Assembly: GCA_038230775.1 (NCBI GenBank)
Contig: JBBRMQ010000009.1
Coordinates: 1 to 35,837 of the forward strand
Reading direction: 5' to 3'
DNA length: 35,837 bases
Source of the DNA: Thermoanaerobaculia bacterium
GTDB lineage: Bacteria > Acidobacteriota > Thermoanaerobaculia > Gp7-AA8
Positions within the stretch are counted from its first letter, which is position 1, and every line of letters begins with the position of its first letter. This document shows positions 27,470 to 35,512 of this stretch, piece after piece. The notes under the pieces are model-generated. The model had not been told where the DNA came from. It saw only the letters and a list, made by a program, of their open reading frames with translations, and searched no databases. Position numbers and translations under genes: made by a program.

Positions 27470-27955
27470 ATGAACAACCGCGAATTCTTCATGCAACGAT
27501 GGGAAGCCGAGCAGCCCGCATTCATGCGCGTGCTTCGCGCCGTCCCCGAAGGAAAACTCTCCTACAAGCCGCACGAACGCTCTTCGGCCGCGGGCTCTCT
27601 GGCCTGGCAATTGGCGGAAGAGATGAAGCAGCTGAGTGAGCTGTTGGACACCGGGGAGATCCACTTCCACGTCAAGCCGCATCCGGAGAAGGCCACCGAC
27701 ATCGTGAGCTCGTACGAGAAAGCGGCGAACGACTTCAGATCACGCGTGAAATCGGCGAACGACGCGAAGTGGGATAGCCCGGGAAAATTCTTCATGAAGG
27801 GCGAGGTCGCCTGGTCCGACACGGTGGCGAACCTCTGCTGGGGCTATCTGTTCGACATGGTCCATCATCGCGGTCAGCTCAGCACCTACCTGCGCCCGAT
27901 GGGCGGCAAGGTGCCCGCGATCTACGGACCGTCGGCCGACGACAGCGGATCGTAA
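27470..27955 (+). CDS. DinB/YfiT-like (DinB_2) four-helix-bundle metal-binding protein
   Basis: Signature ...LFDMVHHRGQLSTYLRPMGG... near the C-terminus. RBS AAGGAGGAATGG before ATG 27470. Confidence 0.65.
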   Translation: MNNREFFMQRWEAEQPAFMRVLRAVPEGKLSYKPHERSSAAGSLAWQLAEEMKQLSELLDTGEIHFHVKPHPEKATDIVSSYEKAANDFRSRVKSANDAKWDSPGKFFMKGEVAWSDTVANLCWGYLFDMVHHRGQLSTYLRPMGGKVPAIYGPSADDSGS

Positions 27956-28018
27956 GTCGCAAGTGCCGCGTGCAATCCTGACCAGCAAGCCTAGCGAAGT
28001 TCTGAACAAGTCCCGGCG

Positions 28019-28144
28019 CCCCTTATCCGCCCTTGGGGCACCTTCTCCCCGCGTGCTGTTTGGCTGGGAGAAGGGCAACAAAGGGGGTGGTGGCCCTCGC
28101 CCCGCTCTTGCGGGGAGAGGGTGGCCGAAGGCCGGGTGAGGGGG
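28019..28144. repeat. ~125-bp GC-rich repeat, family C, copy 2 (inverted relative to 26615-26728; carries a ~9-nt insertion in one hairpin)
   Basis: Its reverse complement aligns to copy 1 along the full length (CACCCGGCCTTCGGCCACCCTCTCCCCGCAAGAGCGGGGCGAGGGCCACCACCC...). Confidence 0.65.
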
Positions 28145-28363
28145 GTTCTCGCACTTGCGAGAGAGCTTTCCTACCGGTCCGACTGCTCCTGCTTCATCTC
28201 GATGACGGTCCGGTGCATCACGTTCATGAGATCCTCGATCTGCTGAGGACTCATCGGAACGCCGAAGACAGCACCGACCTCGAGAACGGCAAGAAGCAGG
28301 AGCCGCGCGAGCTTCGATCGCAACGACACGTTGACCTCCTTCGAATCTGCTGAAGAGAAGCGT

Positions 28364-28561
28364 TCAGCAGCTCGAAGGAGGGGCGCGGAGGCCCGTGGAG
28401 GATAGGAATGCGAAAGACTGCGCGGCTCGAGGGCGCTTTGCGTTCGTGACCTCCGCCGCGCGCGCCGGTGCGGCGAAGAAAACAAATCCCTCCGGGATCG
28501 CCAGCGCGATCGGAACGACCAGAAGGACCGCGATGGCGAAGATCGCGAAGCAGCGACGCAT
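28364..28561 (-). CDS. possible small membrane protein (65 aa)
   Basis: MRRCFAIFAIAVLLVVPIALAIPEGFVFF... lies 3 nt downstream of the DUF885 gene. Weak support. Confidence 0.25.
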   Translation of the reverse strand: MRRCFAIFAIAVLLVVPIALAIPEGFVFFAAPARAAEVTNAKRPRAAQSFAFLSSTGLRAPPSSC

Positions 28562-28566
28562 CCGGC

Positions 28567-30327
28567 TCAGTGTAACCGCGGTTTGACGTATTCGTTCATG
28601 ACCGCGTCGCGCAGGAGTGCGGGCGGAACGAGGCCCTGCGAGAGGATGAAGTCGTGATAGCTCTGTCGGTCGAACTTCGAGCCGAGCATGCGCTCCGCGT
28701 CCGTTCGCAGCTCCATGAGGCGCGAGTATCCGACGAAGTACGACGGCGCCTGGCCCGGTGCGCGGAACGTGTAGCGCTCCACTTCCTGGTTCGCCATGGC
28801 GTGCGAGAAGCCGGCCTCGTCCTCCAGCACGCGGTATGCGTCCTCGCGCGTCATGCGGCCTAACTGAAGCGACGGGTCGATGAACGCCCGTGCTGCTCGC
28901 AGCAGACGGTGTTGCAACGCGATGAGTTGTCCGTCCAGTGGCTCGTACGGCTTCATCTCCGCTTCGGCGTAGAGGGCCCATCCTTCGACGTTCACGCTGT
29001 TGAACGCGAAGAGCACGCGCGCCTGCGAGACGCCCTTCTCCAGGATCGACGCGAACTGCAGATCGTGTCCCGGCCGGGCTTCATGTGCCGAGAGCGTCCA
29101 CGCGGCGGCATCGAAGGTGAAGTCGTCGAAGCCCACGTCGCCTTTGCCGCTGTCGGACGGAATGCGCAACGGCAGAACGAACGCCGCCTGTTCACCGGTG
29201 TTGCCGATCAGGCGCGGCGGATCGAGATGCGGCGCCGGCTGCTGCGCTGTCTCCGCCTCCGTCGCGATTCGGAACTTCGTTTTCCGTACCGGCAGCGTGA
29301 CGATGTGATTCGCCACGATGATCTTCTCGATCTCGGCCATGCGAGCCTCGTAGCTGGGCAGGATTGCGTCGCCGGAGAACTGTTTCTTCTTGAGCTCGCG
29401 GATGACGTCGCGATAATCCGTGGCGTTGAATCCCTTCTCTTTCGCCACCAGCGGTGCGATCGCGTTCATCTCATTCTGGATCTCGCGAAACGAAGTCTTT
29501 GCGCGGCTGATCAACTCCTCGAGCGCCATGTCGTTGCCGAACTGCTCCAACGCGTTGCGATACAACTCCTCTGGCAGGCGAAAGTCGGTGGTCGTTCGCG
29601 GCATCACGTCCGACTTCAGGAACGCCTCGTACTCATCGACCTGCTTTTTCAACTCCGCGAGGGGGGCTTCGTAACCGGCGATCTGATACTTCTGAAACAA
29701 CTGCTCGATGCCGGTCATGTACCGGCCGCTGTTGGCCATGTCCTTCTCGAGGTTGTCCTTGAACGGGCCGATCAGTCTGGTGTTGCCGAGGTGAGCGCGG
29801 GTGTACGCCATGGCCTGGCGGGTGAGAGGGGTCGTCCCCGGCTCCATCCCCGCGTATTTCCGCAGGCGCACGAGCGCGGCACCGCGGCGTTCCGCCACGA
29901 CGCGGTCGTCGAGCAGCGAGCGTAGTCCCTGGAAGAACGTCTGCGGGATGTCGTAGTAGGGAAGCTGATATCTGGCGCTGAGCTGCGTGCCCGCGATGTT
30001 CAGCTGTGCAGAATTGATGAGAATCTGCAGATCCTGACGGACTGCCGGATCCTTTTCCGTCGCCAGCTTCGCCTTGAACTGTTTGATCGCCGCAGCGATG
30101 GCCGCATTCGATCGCTCGTTCACATCCGGCGGAAGCGTGGTGACGTCAGTGTCGTGCCCTTCAACCCCGAAGCGGCCCGCCGCCTCAGGCGCGAAGCGCG
30201 CCAGCACGTTGAGAAGGATGGCGGAGTTCTCGTTGCTCCTCTTCACCCAGTCGGGAGTTGCGGGCTGCGCGAGAACGGGAACGGCGACCAGGACACTGAC
30301 GGCGGCGGCACGAAGCAGAAATCGCAT
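28567..30327 (-). CDS. secreted DUF885-family protein (HExxxGH zinc-metallopeptidase-like)
   Basis: Signal peptide, then the DUF885 signature HEARPGHDLQ with the upstream/downstream conserved blocks. 586 aa. Confidence 0.7.
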   Translation of the reverse strand: MRFLLRAAAVSVLVAVPVLAQPATPDWVKRSNENSAILLNVLARFAPEAAGRFGVEGHDTDVTTLPPDVNERSNAAIAAAIKQFKAKLATEKDPAVRQDLQILINSAQLNIAGTQLSARYQLPYYDIPQTFFQGLRSLLDDRVVAERRGAALVRLRKYAGMEPGTTPLTRQAMAYTRAHLGNTRLIGPFKDNLEKDMANSGRYMTGIEQLFQKYQIAGYEAPLAELKKQVDEYEAFLKSDVMPRTTTDFRLPEELYRNALEQFGNDMALEELISRAKTSFREIQNEMNAIAPLVAKEKGFNATDYRDVIRELKKKQFSGDAILPSYEARMAEIEKIIVANHIVTLPVRKTKFRIATEAETAQQPAPHLDPPRLIGNTGEQAAFVLPLRIPSDSGKGDVGFDDFTFDAAAWTLSAHEARPGHDLQFASILEKGVSQARVLFAFNSVNVEGWALYAEAEMKPYEPLDGQLIALQHRLLRAARAFIDPSLQLGRMTREDAYRVLEDEAGFSHAMANQEVERYTFRAPGQAPSYFVGYSRLMELRTDAERMLGSKFDRQSYHDFILSQGLVPPALLRDAVMNEYVKPRLH

Positions 30328-30379
30328 GGCCGCATTCTACGAAGAGCGCGATGCAAAGTTTTGCGGATAGCATCTTGCG

Positions 30380-31195
30380 GTGCGCACGGTTGGACTGGCG
30401 ACGTCCGAAAAGTGGCCTCATCTCTCTCCTGACGATGCGCCGCTCATCCCGGAGTTGAAGCGTCTCGGAATCGAGGCGGAGAGCGTGGTCTGGTCCGACC
30501 ACCGCGTCGATTGGAGAGGGTTTGACCTCATCGTCATCCGCTCCTGCTGGGACTACCACCTTCGAATCGACGAGTTTCTGCGGTGGGTCGAAAGAATCGG
30601 ACCGCGCCTCGTCAACGACGCCGCTGTCGTTCGGTGGAACTCGCACAAGTCGTATCTGCTCGATCTCGAGTCGAAGGGCGTGCGGATTCCGAAGACGCAG
30701 GTGATCCGAAGCGGCGCTCCGTCGCTGGACGGCGAATTGATCGTGAAGCCCGCCGTATCCGCCTCCTCCTTTGAAACCCACCGCGCGGCCGGGCGTGATG
30801 CCGCGCCGATCATCGACCGGCTCCTGGCCCGTGGCGACGTGATCGTCCAGGAGTTCATCCCCGACGTCATCGAATGCGGCGAGTGGTCGATCATGTTTTT
30901 CAATCGCGTCTTCAGCCACTCCGTATTGAAGCGGCCGAAGAGCGGTGACTTCCGAGTGCAGGAAGAGCTTGGCGGAACGTCCGTGCTCGCGCCGGCGCCG
31001 GAGCACGTGATCCGCCGTGCCGGGGAGTTCCTGGCGCTCGTTCGGGGCGACGTCACCTACGCGCGAGTCGATGTCGTCGATCGCGTGGGAGGCGTTACGC
31101 TCATGGAGCTGGAGCTGATCGAACCGATGTTGTTTCTGGAGTTGGAAAAGGAGGCGCCGCGGCGGTTCGCCGAGGCGATAGCGTCACGCCGATGA
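30380..31195 (+). CDS. ATP-grasp ligase (RimK/LysX/glutathione-synthetase-like)
   Basis: Pre-ATP-grasp N-domain, then LIVKPAVSASS (ATP-binding Lys), VIVQEFIP, and the Mg-binding D...ELELIEP region. Its stop overlaps the next gene start (ATGA at 31192). Confidence 0.6.
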   Translation: MRTVGLATSEKWPHLSPDDAPLIPELKRLGIEAESVVWSDHRVDWRGFDLIVIRSCWDYHLRIDEFLRWVERIGPRLVNDAAVVRWNSHKSYLLDLESKGVRIPKTQVIRSGAPSLDGELIVKPAVSASSFETHRAAGRDAAPIIDRLLARGDVIVQEFIPDVIECGEWSIMFFNRVFSHSVLKRPKSGDFRVQEELGGTSVLAPAPEHVIRRAGEFLALVRGDVTYARVDVVDRVGGVTLMELELIEPMLFLELEKEAPRRFAEAIASRR

Positions 31196-31632
31196 GCGAT
31201 GTGTTCATGCGAGAGGCGATCGCGGAAGCGGTCAAAGGACGCGACGAGGGCGGCGTGCCGATCGGCTCGGTGCTCGTGCATCGCGGCAGGATCATCGGGC
31301 GCGGCCACAACCAGCGCGTGCAGAACGGCAGCCCGATCCGCCACGGCGAGATGGACGCACTCGAGAACGCGGGACGCCAGGCGGCTTCGGTGTACCGCGA
31401 GTGCGTGATCTACACGACGCTGTCGCCGTGCTCGATGTGCAGCGGCGCGATTCTGCTGTTCGGCATTCCCCAGGTCATCGCCGGCGAAAACCGCACGTTC
31501 ACGGGGGAGGAAGAGTGGCTTCGCTCGCACGGCGTCCGGGTGGAAGTGCTGCAGGATGCCGAGTGCATCGCGCTGATGTCGGCATTCATTCGTGAGCATC
31601 CCGGGCTCTGGAACGAGGACATCGGCGAGTAA
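31192..31632 (+). CDS. zinc-dependent nucleobase deaminase of the CDA fold, closest in sequence to yeast FCY1-type cytosine deaminase
   Basis: HGEMDAL (H-x-E) and SPCSMCSGAI (PCxxC). Overall collinear similarity to FCY1 (IGRGHN.R.Q.GS...HGE...LEN.G...Y...T.YTTLSPC.MC.GAI...GIP..V.GEN..F...E.W.....EDIGE). Confidence 0.8.
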   Translation: MSDVFMREAIAEAVKGRDEGGVPIGSVLVHRGRIIGRGHNQRVQNGSPIRHGEMDALENAGRQAASVYRECVIYTTLSPCSMCSGAILLFGIPQVIAGENRTFTGEEEWLRSHGVRVEVLQDAECIALMSAFIREHPGLWNEDIGE

Positions 31633-32246
31633 TGCTTCTCGTCACCGCGACAGCGGGGTATCGACATTCATCGATCGAGACTGCGGAAGAAGTGATGGCG
31701 GCTCTGGTACCCAATCTCGAAGTCGCTCGCGACGAACGGGCGATGAGCGATGCCTTCGGGCGACTCGATCAGGTGCACGTGACGATGTTTGCGAATACCA
31801 CCGGCGACCTCGAGGTCGAAGGCCGACAGAAGCTGCTCGAATGGATCGCGGCCGGCGGAACCTTCATCGGCGTCCACAGCGCCGCGGACACCTGGCATGA
31901 ATGGCCGGAGTATCTCGACATGTTAGGCGGGGAATTCGACCGGCACCCCGAGCAGACCACAGGAACGGTGTTCGTCGAATCGCAGGGTGATCCTTCGACG
32001 CGCGACATTGCCTCAACACATTCGCTGTTCGAGGAGTTCTACCTCTTCCGAAGGTTCGATCCGGCGCGGGTGCAGCTTCTGCTGTCGCTGCACATGAGTC
32101 CCGAAAACGGCGCGCCAGGCGTGTTTCCGCTCAGCTGGCGCAGACCGTACGGCCAAGGCCGCGTTTTCTACACCGCGCTGGGTCATCGCGAGGATGTCTG
32201 GACCTCGCTCTGGTTTCAGCAGCACCTCCTCGGCGCCATGGCGTGA
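31632..32246 (+). CDS. ThuA-like type-1 glutamine-amidotransferase-fold protein
   Basis: ThuA hallmarks GGTFIGVHSAADT and ...VFYTALGHRED.... Its start overlaps the previous stop (TAATG). Confidence 0.65.
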   Translation: MLLVTATAGYRHSSIETAEEVMAALVPNLEVARDERAMSDAFGRLDQVHVTMFANTTGDLEVEGRQKLLEWIAAGGTFIGVHSAADTWHEWPEYLDMLGGEFDRHPEQTTGTVFVESQGDPSTRDIASTHSLFEEFYLFRRFDPARVQLLLSLHMSPENGAPGVFPLSWRRPYGQGRVFYTALGHREDVWTSLWFQQHLLGAMA

Positions 32247-32272
32247 CCGGCGCGTACAATCGTTGAAGTCCA

Positions 32273-33391
32273 ATGGAACTTCTGCTGTGGCGTTGGAGCA
32301 CCGCGGTGCAGATCGTGTCCGCGTTGATCATCGCCGTCTTCTTCACGGCGTTCGCGGCTTCGGTGCGCACGACGGAAGTCCGCTGGTGGATGCGAGCGTG
32401 GCTCGCGAACCTGTCGGCGCTCAGCGTCACGTTGTTTTTCTGGTACTTCCAGCCCGCGCACCTCGACCTCCTGATCCGCATCATTTACCTCGGTTCCAAG
32501 ATGCTGTTCGCCGTCCTGATGCTCGAAGGCGCGTGGGCGATCAATCACTCGACACCCGCGCTCACGAGTCGGCGGCGGTGGCTGGCGCTGGCGACGTACG
32601 CGATTTCCGGCGGGATTCTTCTCACCACGCTGGCTTTGATCGGGGTCGTGCAGCATTCGCTGATGGCGGTGCTCTTCTTCATTGGTGGAATCGCGACCTT
32701 CCGCAGCAGGCGGCCCGGCTCGGCGTGGCTCGCCGCGGGGTTTGTCGTTCGCGCCGTGCTGGCCACGGCCGAAGCGATTGCGTACTTGTCGCCGGCGAAT
32801 CCGAAAGTCAGCCTCTTCGTCTCCGCGTCGTCGTCGTTCGACAGCGGAGCCGAGTGGCTGCTGGCCCTCGGGTGCGTGCTCGTCGCTTCGCTGCGGATCC
32901 AAAGCGAGCTGCAGTCGACGAACCGCGATCTCGTGGCGGCGCAGGATGAGCTGCGCGCCCTTGCCGATCGTGATCCGCTTACCGGACTGGCGAACCGGCG
33001 TTCGCTGCCGGCAATCTTCCGCGAGGTCTACGACACCGGCGCGACGATCCTTTTCTTCGACCTCGATGGCTTCAAGATCATCAACGACACGCAGGGGCAT
33101 CAGGCGGGCGATGAGTATCTGAAGCGATTCGCCGCCGCGCTGCGGGCGTCATTCCGGCCGTCGGATGCCGTCGTGCGTTACGCCGGCGACGAATTCGTCG
33201 TCATCGCGCGCGGGCTCGTTCGCGAAGTCGCCGAGCAGCATCTCGCCGATCTCGAAGAACGCCTCAAAGGCAAGATCGCGTTCTCCGTCGGAAGCACAGT
33301 GGTGCGGCCGGGGGAAAGTGCCGAGGAGGCGATGCGGGCCGCGGACGCGGCGATGTATCAATCGAAGACGATGCGCCGCGCTGCTGGCTAG
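32273..33391 (+). CDS. membrane-anchored diguanylate cyclase (GGDEF domain, A-site variant AGDEF)
   Basis: Five or six N-terminal TM helices. GGDEF-domain blocks DPLTGLANRR, LFFDLDGFKIINDTQGHQAGDEYL, RYAGDEFVVI and AMYQSK. Confidence 0.85.
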   Translation: MELLLWRWSTAVQIVSALIIAVFFTAFAASVRTTEVRWWMRAWLANLSALSVTLFFWYFQPAHLDLLIRIIYLGSKMLFAVLMLEGAWAINHSTPALTSRRRWLALATYAISGGILLTTLALIGVVQHSLMAVLFFIGGIATFRSRRPGSAWLAAGFVVRAVLATAEAIAYLSPANPKVSLFVSASSSFDSGAEWLLALGCVLVASLRIQSELQSTNRDLVAAQDELRALADRDPLTGLANRRSLPAIFREVYDTGATILFFDLDGFKIINDTQGHQAGDEYLKRFAAALRASFRPSDAVVRYAGDEFVVIARGLVREVAEQHLADLEERLKGKIAFSVGSTVVRPGESAEEAMRAADAAMYQSKTMRRAAG

Positions 33392-33409
33392 TGTTGTGCG
33401 TCGGAAATA

Positions 33410-33538
33410 GACCGGCCGTGACCGGCTCAAGCCGGTCCTCACACAGAAGCAATACGTAGCCCACGGACACGTTGAAAGGACTGTCGGTTTGGTCCGCTTC
33501 GGTGTGAGGACCGGCTTCAGCCGGTCACGGCCGATCGG
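33410..33538. repeat. MITE-like element: two 35-37-bp inverted arms (each a family-A REP unit GACCGGC..AGCCGGTC flanked by GTGTGAGG) around a 57-bp spacer
   Basis: The left arm GACCGGCCGTGACCGGCTCAAGCCGGTCCTCACAC and right arm GTGTGAGGACCGGCTTCAGCCGGTCACGGCCGATCGG are reverse complements with 2 mismatches. It sits between two convergent genes. Confidence 0.6.
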
Positions 33539-33561
33539 CTAAGGCCTATTTCGGACGCACA

Positions 33562-35496
33562 CTAGCGCGGAAACGCTTCTTTGACCCCGCCGTCGACGGG
33601 GAGCATCGCGCCTGTGGTCTTTGCAGAGCGTGGTCCGGCGAGAAACAGCGCCGCTTCCGCAACGTCGGCCGCGGTTACTTCGGTCTTGAGCAGCGTGCGG
33701 TTGCGATAGAAATCCGGCAGCTTCTCCGCGTCGATGCCGTAGTTCTGCGCGCGCATCTCGCGCATCTCGTCGCTCCAGAACCGCGAGTTGCCGAAGATGG
33801 CGTCGGGATTGAGCATGTTGGCGCGAATGCCGAACTCGCCCCCTTCGATTGCCACGATGCGGCAGAGCTGCGCTTCGGCTGCCTTGCTCACGCTGTACGC
33901 ACCGAACTCCTTGCCCGGCGCTGTGACGTTCTTCGATGCATTGAATACGATCGAGCCGCCGAGGGCCTGTTGTTTCATGATGCGCATGGCGGCGCGGGCG
34001 ACCAGGAAGTGGCCGCGGGCGTTGACGGCGAAGCTGCGGTCCCAATCGCCGGCCGACAAGACGTCGAGGCTTCCGAACGATGAGATGCCGGCGTTGCTGA
34101 CCACGATGTCGACGCCGCCGTAAACGAGCACGGTCTCCTCGAAAGCGCGATCGACCTGTTCCTCGCTGCTGACGTCAAGAGAGAACGCGATCGCTCGACG
34201 TAGCCCGTGCTTCAGCACGATTTCGTTCGCGACTTCGGTGGCCAGCTCCTGATCGACGTCGGTCACGACGACATGTGCGCCTTCCTCGGCGAAGCGTTCG
34301 GCGATGGCGCGGCCGATGCCGCTCGCCGCCCCGGTGACGAGCGCGATTTTTCCGGCGAGCTCTTTCTCCTTCGGCAGCAGCGTGAGCTTGTAGAGCTCGA
34401 GCGGCCAGTACTCCGCATGAAAGGCGTCGTAATCGTTCAGCGTCTCGTAGCCGCCCGCGGATTCGGCGGCGGTGATGATGCGCATCGTGTGGCGATAGAT
34501 GTCGCGAACGATGCGTGCGGCACGTGCGTCTTTTCCGGCCGTCCACATGCCGACGCCCGGGACCAGCACGACGCGCGGCTCCGGATCGAGCATCGCGAAT
34601 TCGGACGGATGCGCCGCGTACCACTTCGTGTAGCGCTCGACGTACTGCTCGAACGCGTGATCGCCTTCCAGCACGAGCGGGAACCGCTTGGTGTAGAGCA
34701 GATGATCGGGCGTGGCGGCCCCAACCTGCGAGATGCGCGCGAGATCCGGCCGATTGACGAAGGCAAGAGTCTCGGGGCTGCGATCGAATTCAAGAACTCT
34801 CTTGAGCCTCTTGCGAATCGTGAGCGCGGTGCTGTGTGGGGCCAGCCCTCCGGCTGGCCGGCCAGCCAGAGGGCTGGCCCCACACAGAAACTTCTCCGCC
34901 TCGGTGACCAGCGCGATATGCCGCTCATACGCCTCCTGCGGCGTATCTCCCCACGTGATGAGCCCGTGATTCATGAGGACCAGCCCATCAGCCTTCGCAT
35001 CGAAGGCCTCTCCCACTTCGCGACTCAACCGGAATCCGGGTCGCCTGTACGCAACGGTGGTGACGCGATTCCCGAAGCACTGGCGAACCGTGGCCTCGCG
35101 ACCGCGCGTGTTGGTGATCGCGAGAATGGCATCGGCGTGCGTGTGCAGCACGGCCTTCGCCGGGATGAATGCATGCAGCAGCGTCTCGATCGAAGGGCGG
35201 GCGCTGGAAGGATCGACCAGGCACCGCGCGAGGTATTCGACCATCTCCTGATCGGTCATGTCTTCGTCGCGATGCCGGAGCGGCTCGATGTAGTCCAGCC
35301 GCACCGCTGGAAACTGCTTCGGCACGATCGACTTCATGTCGCTGCCGCTGCTCTTGATGTACATGACGTCGATGGCGCGGCCTAACAGATCCTTCGCCGC
35401 CGACTTCATGCTGTTGTTCCCGCCGCCCCAGAGCACGAGGTCTTCGCGGGCGCCGACGAGGCGCGATTGGCTGACGAGTTGTTCGGTGACGTCCAA
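33562..35496 (-). CDS. bifunctional class II aldolase (rhamnulose-1-phosphate aldolase-like) / short-chain dehydrogenase-reductase. It carries an in-frame 18-codon REP insertion.
   Basis: N-terminal aldolase block (GGGNNSMK...HTHADAILAITN), C-terminal SDR block (TGAASGIGRAIA ... NAG ... YSVSKAA). TTG start in the ORF track. Residues LCGASPLAGRPAGGLAPHS are encoded by the REP copy at 34833-34885. Confidence 0.85.
   Translation of the reverse strand: MDVTEQLVSQSRLVGAREDLVLWGGGNNSMKSAAKDLLGRAIDVMYIKSSGSDMKSIVPKQFPAVRLDYIEPLRHRDEDMTDQEMVEYLARCLVDPSSARPSIETLLHAFIPAKAVLHTHADAILAITNTRGREATVRQCFGNRVTTVAYRRPGFRLSREVGEAFDAKADGLVLMNHGLITWGDTPQEAYERHIALVTEAEKFLCGASPLAGRPAGGLAPHSTALTIRKRLKRVLEFDRSPETLAFVNRPDLARISQVGAATPDHLLYTKRFPLVLEGDHAFEQYVERYTKWYAAHPSEFAMLDPEPRVVLVPGVGMWTAGKDARAARIVRDIYRHTMRIITAAESAGGYETLNDYDAFHAEYWPLELYKLTLLPKEKELAGKIALVTGAASGIGRAIAERFAEEGAHVVVTDVDQELATEVANEIVLKHGLRRAIAFSLDVSSEEQVDRAFEETVLVYGGVDIVVSNAGISSFGSLDVLSAGDWDRSFAVNARGHFLVARAAMRIMKQQALGGSIVFNASKNVTAPGKEFGAYSVSKAAEAQLCRIVAIEGGEFGIRANMLNPDAIFGNSRFWSDEMREMRAQNYGIDAEKLPDFYRNRTLLKTEVTAADVAEAALFLAGPRSAKTTGAMLPVDGGVKEAFPR
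34833..34885. repeat. REP-like element, family B, copy 2, lying inside the aldolase/SDR coding sequence
   Basis: CTGTGTGGGGCCAGCCCTCCGGCTGGCC-GGCCAGCCAGAGGGCTGGCCCCACACAG. Near-identical to 21144-21198. The reading frame stays open through it. Confidence 0.7.
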
Positions 35497-35512
35497 GCCG
35501 CGCGATCGTAAC

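Noticed and set aside
28909-29925. 338-aa plus-strand ORF
   Set aside because: Antisense to the DUF885 gene, which has a signal peptide and the HEARPGH signature.
30185-31056. 273-aa and 167-aa minus-strand ORFs
   Set aside because: Antisense to the ATP-grasp gene. Arg-rich, no motifs.
32216-33100. 294-aa minus-strand ORF
   Set aside because: Antisense to the GGDEF gene.
34207-35385. 392-aa plus-strand ORF
   Set aside because: Antisense to the aldolase/SDR gene. Arg/Asp-rich.
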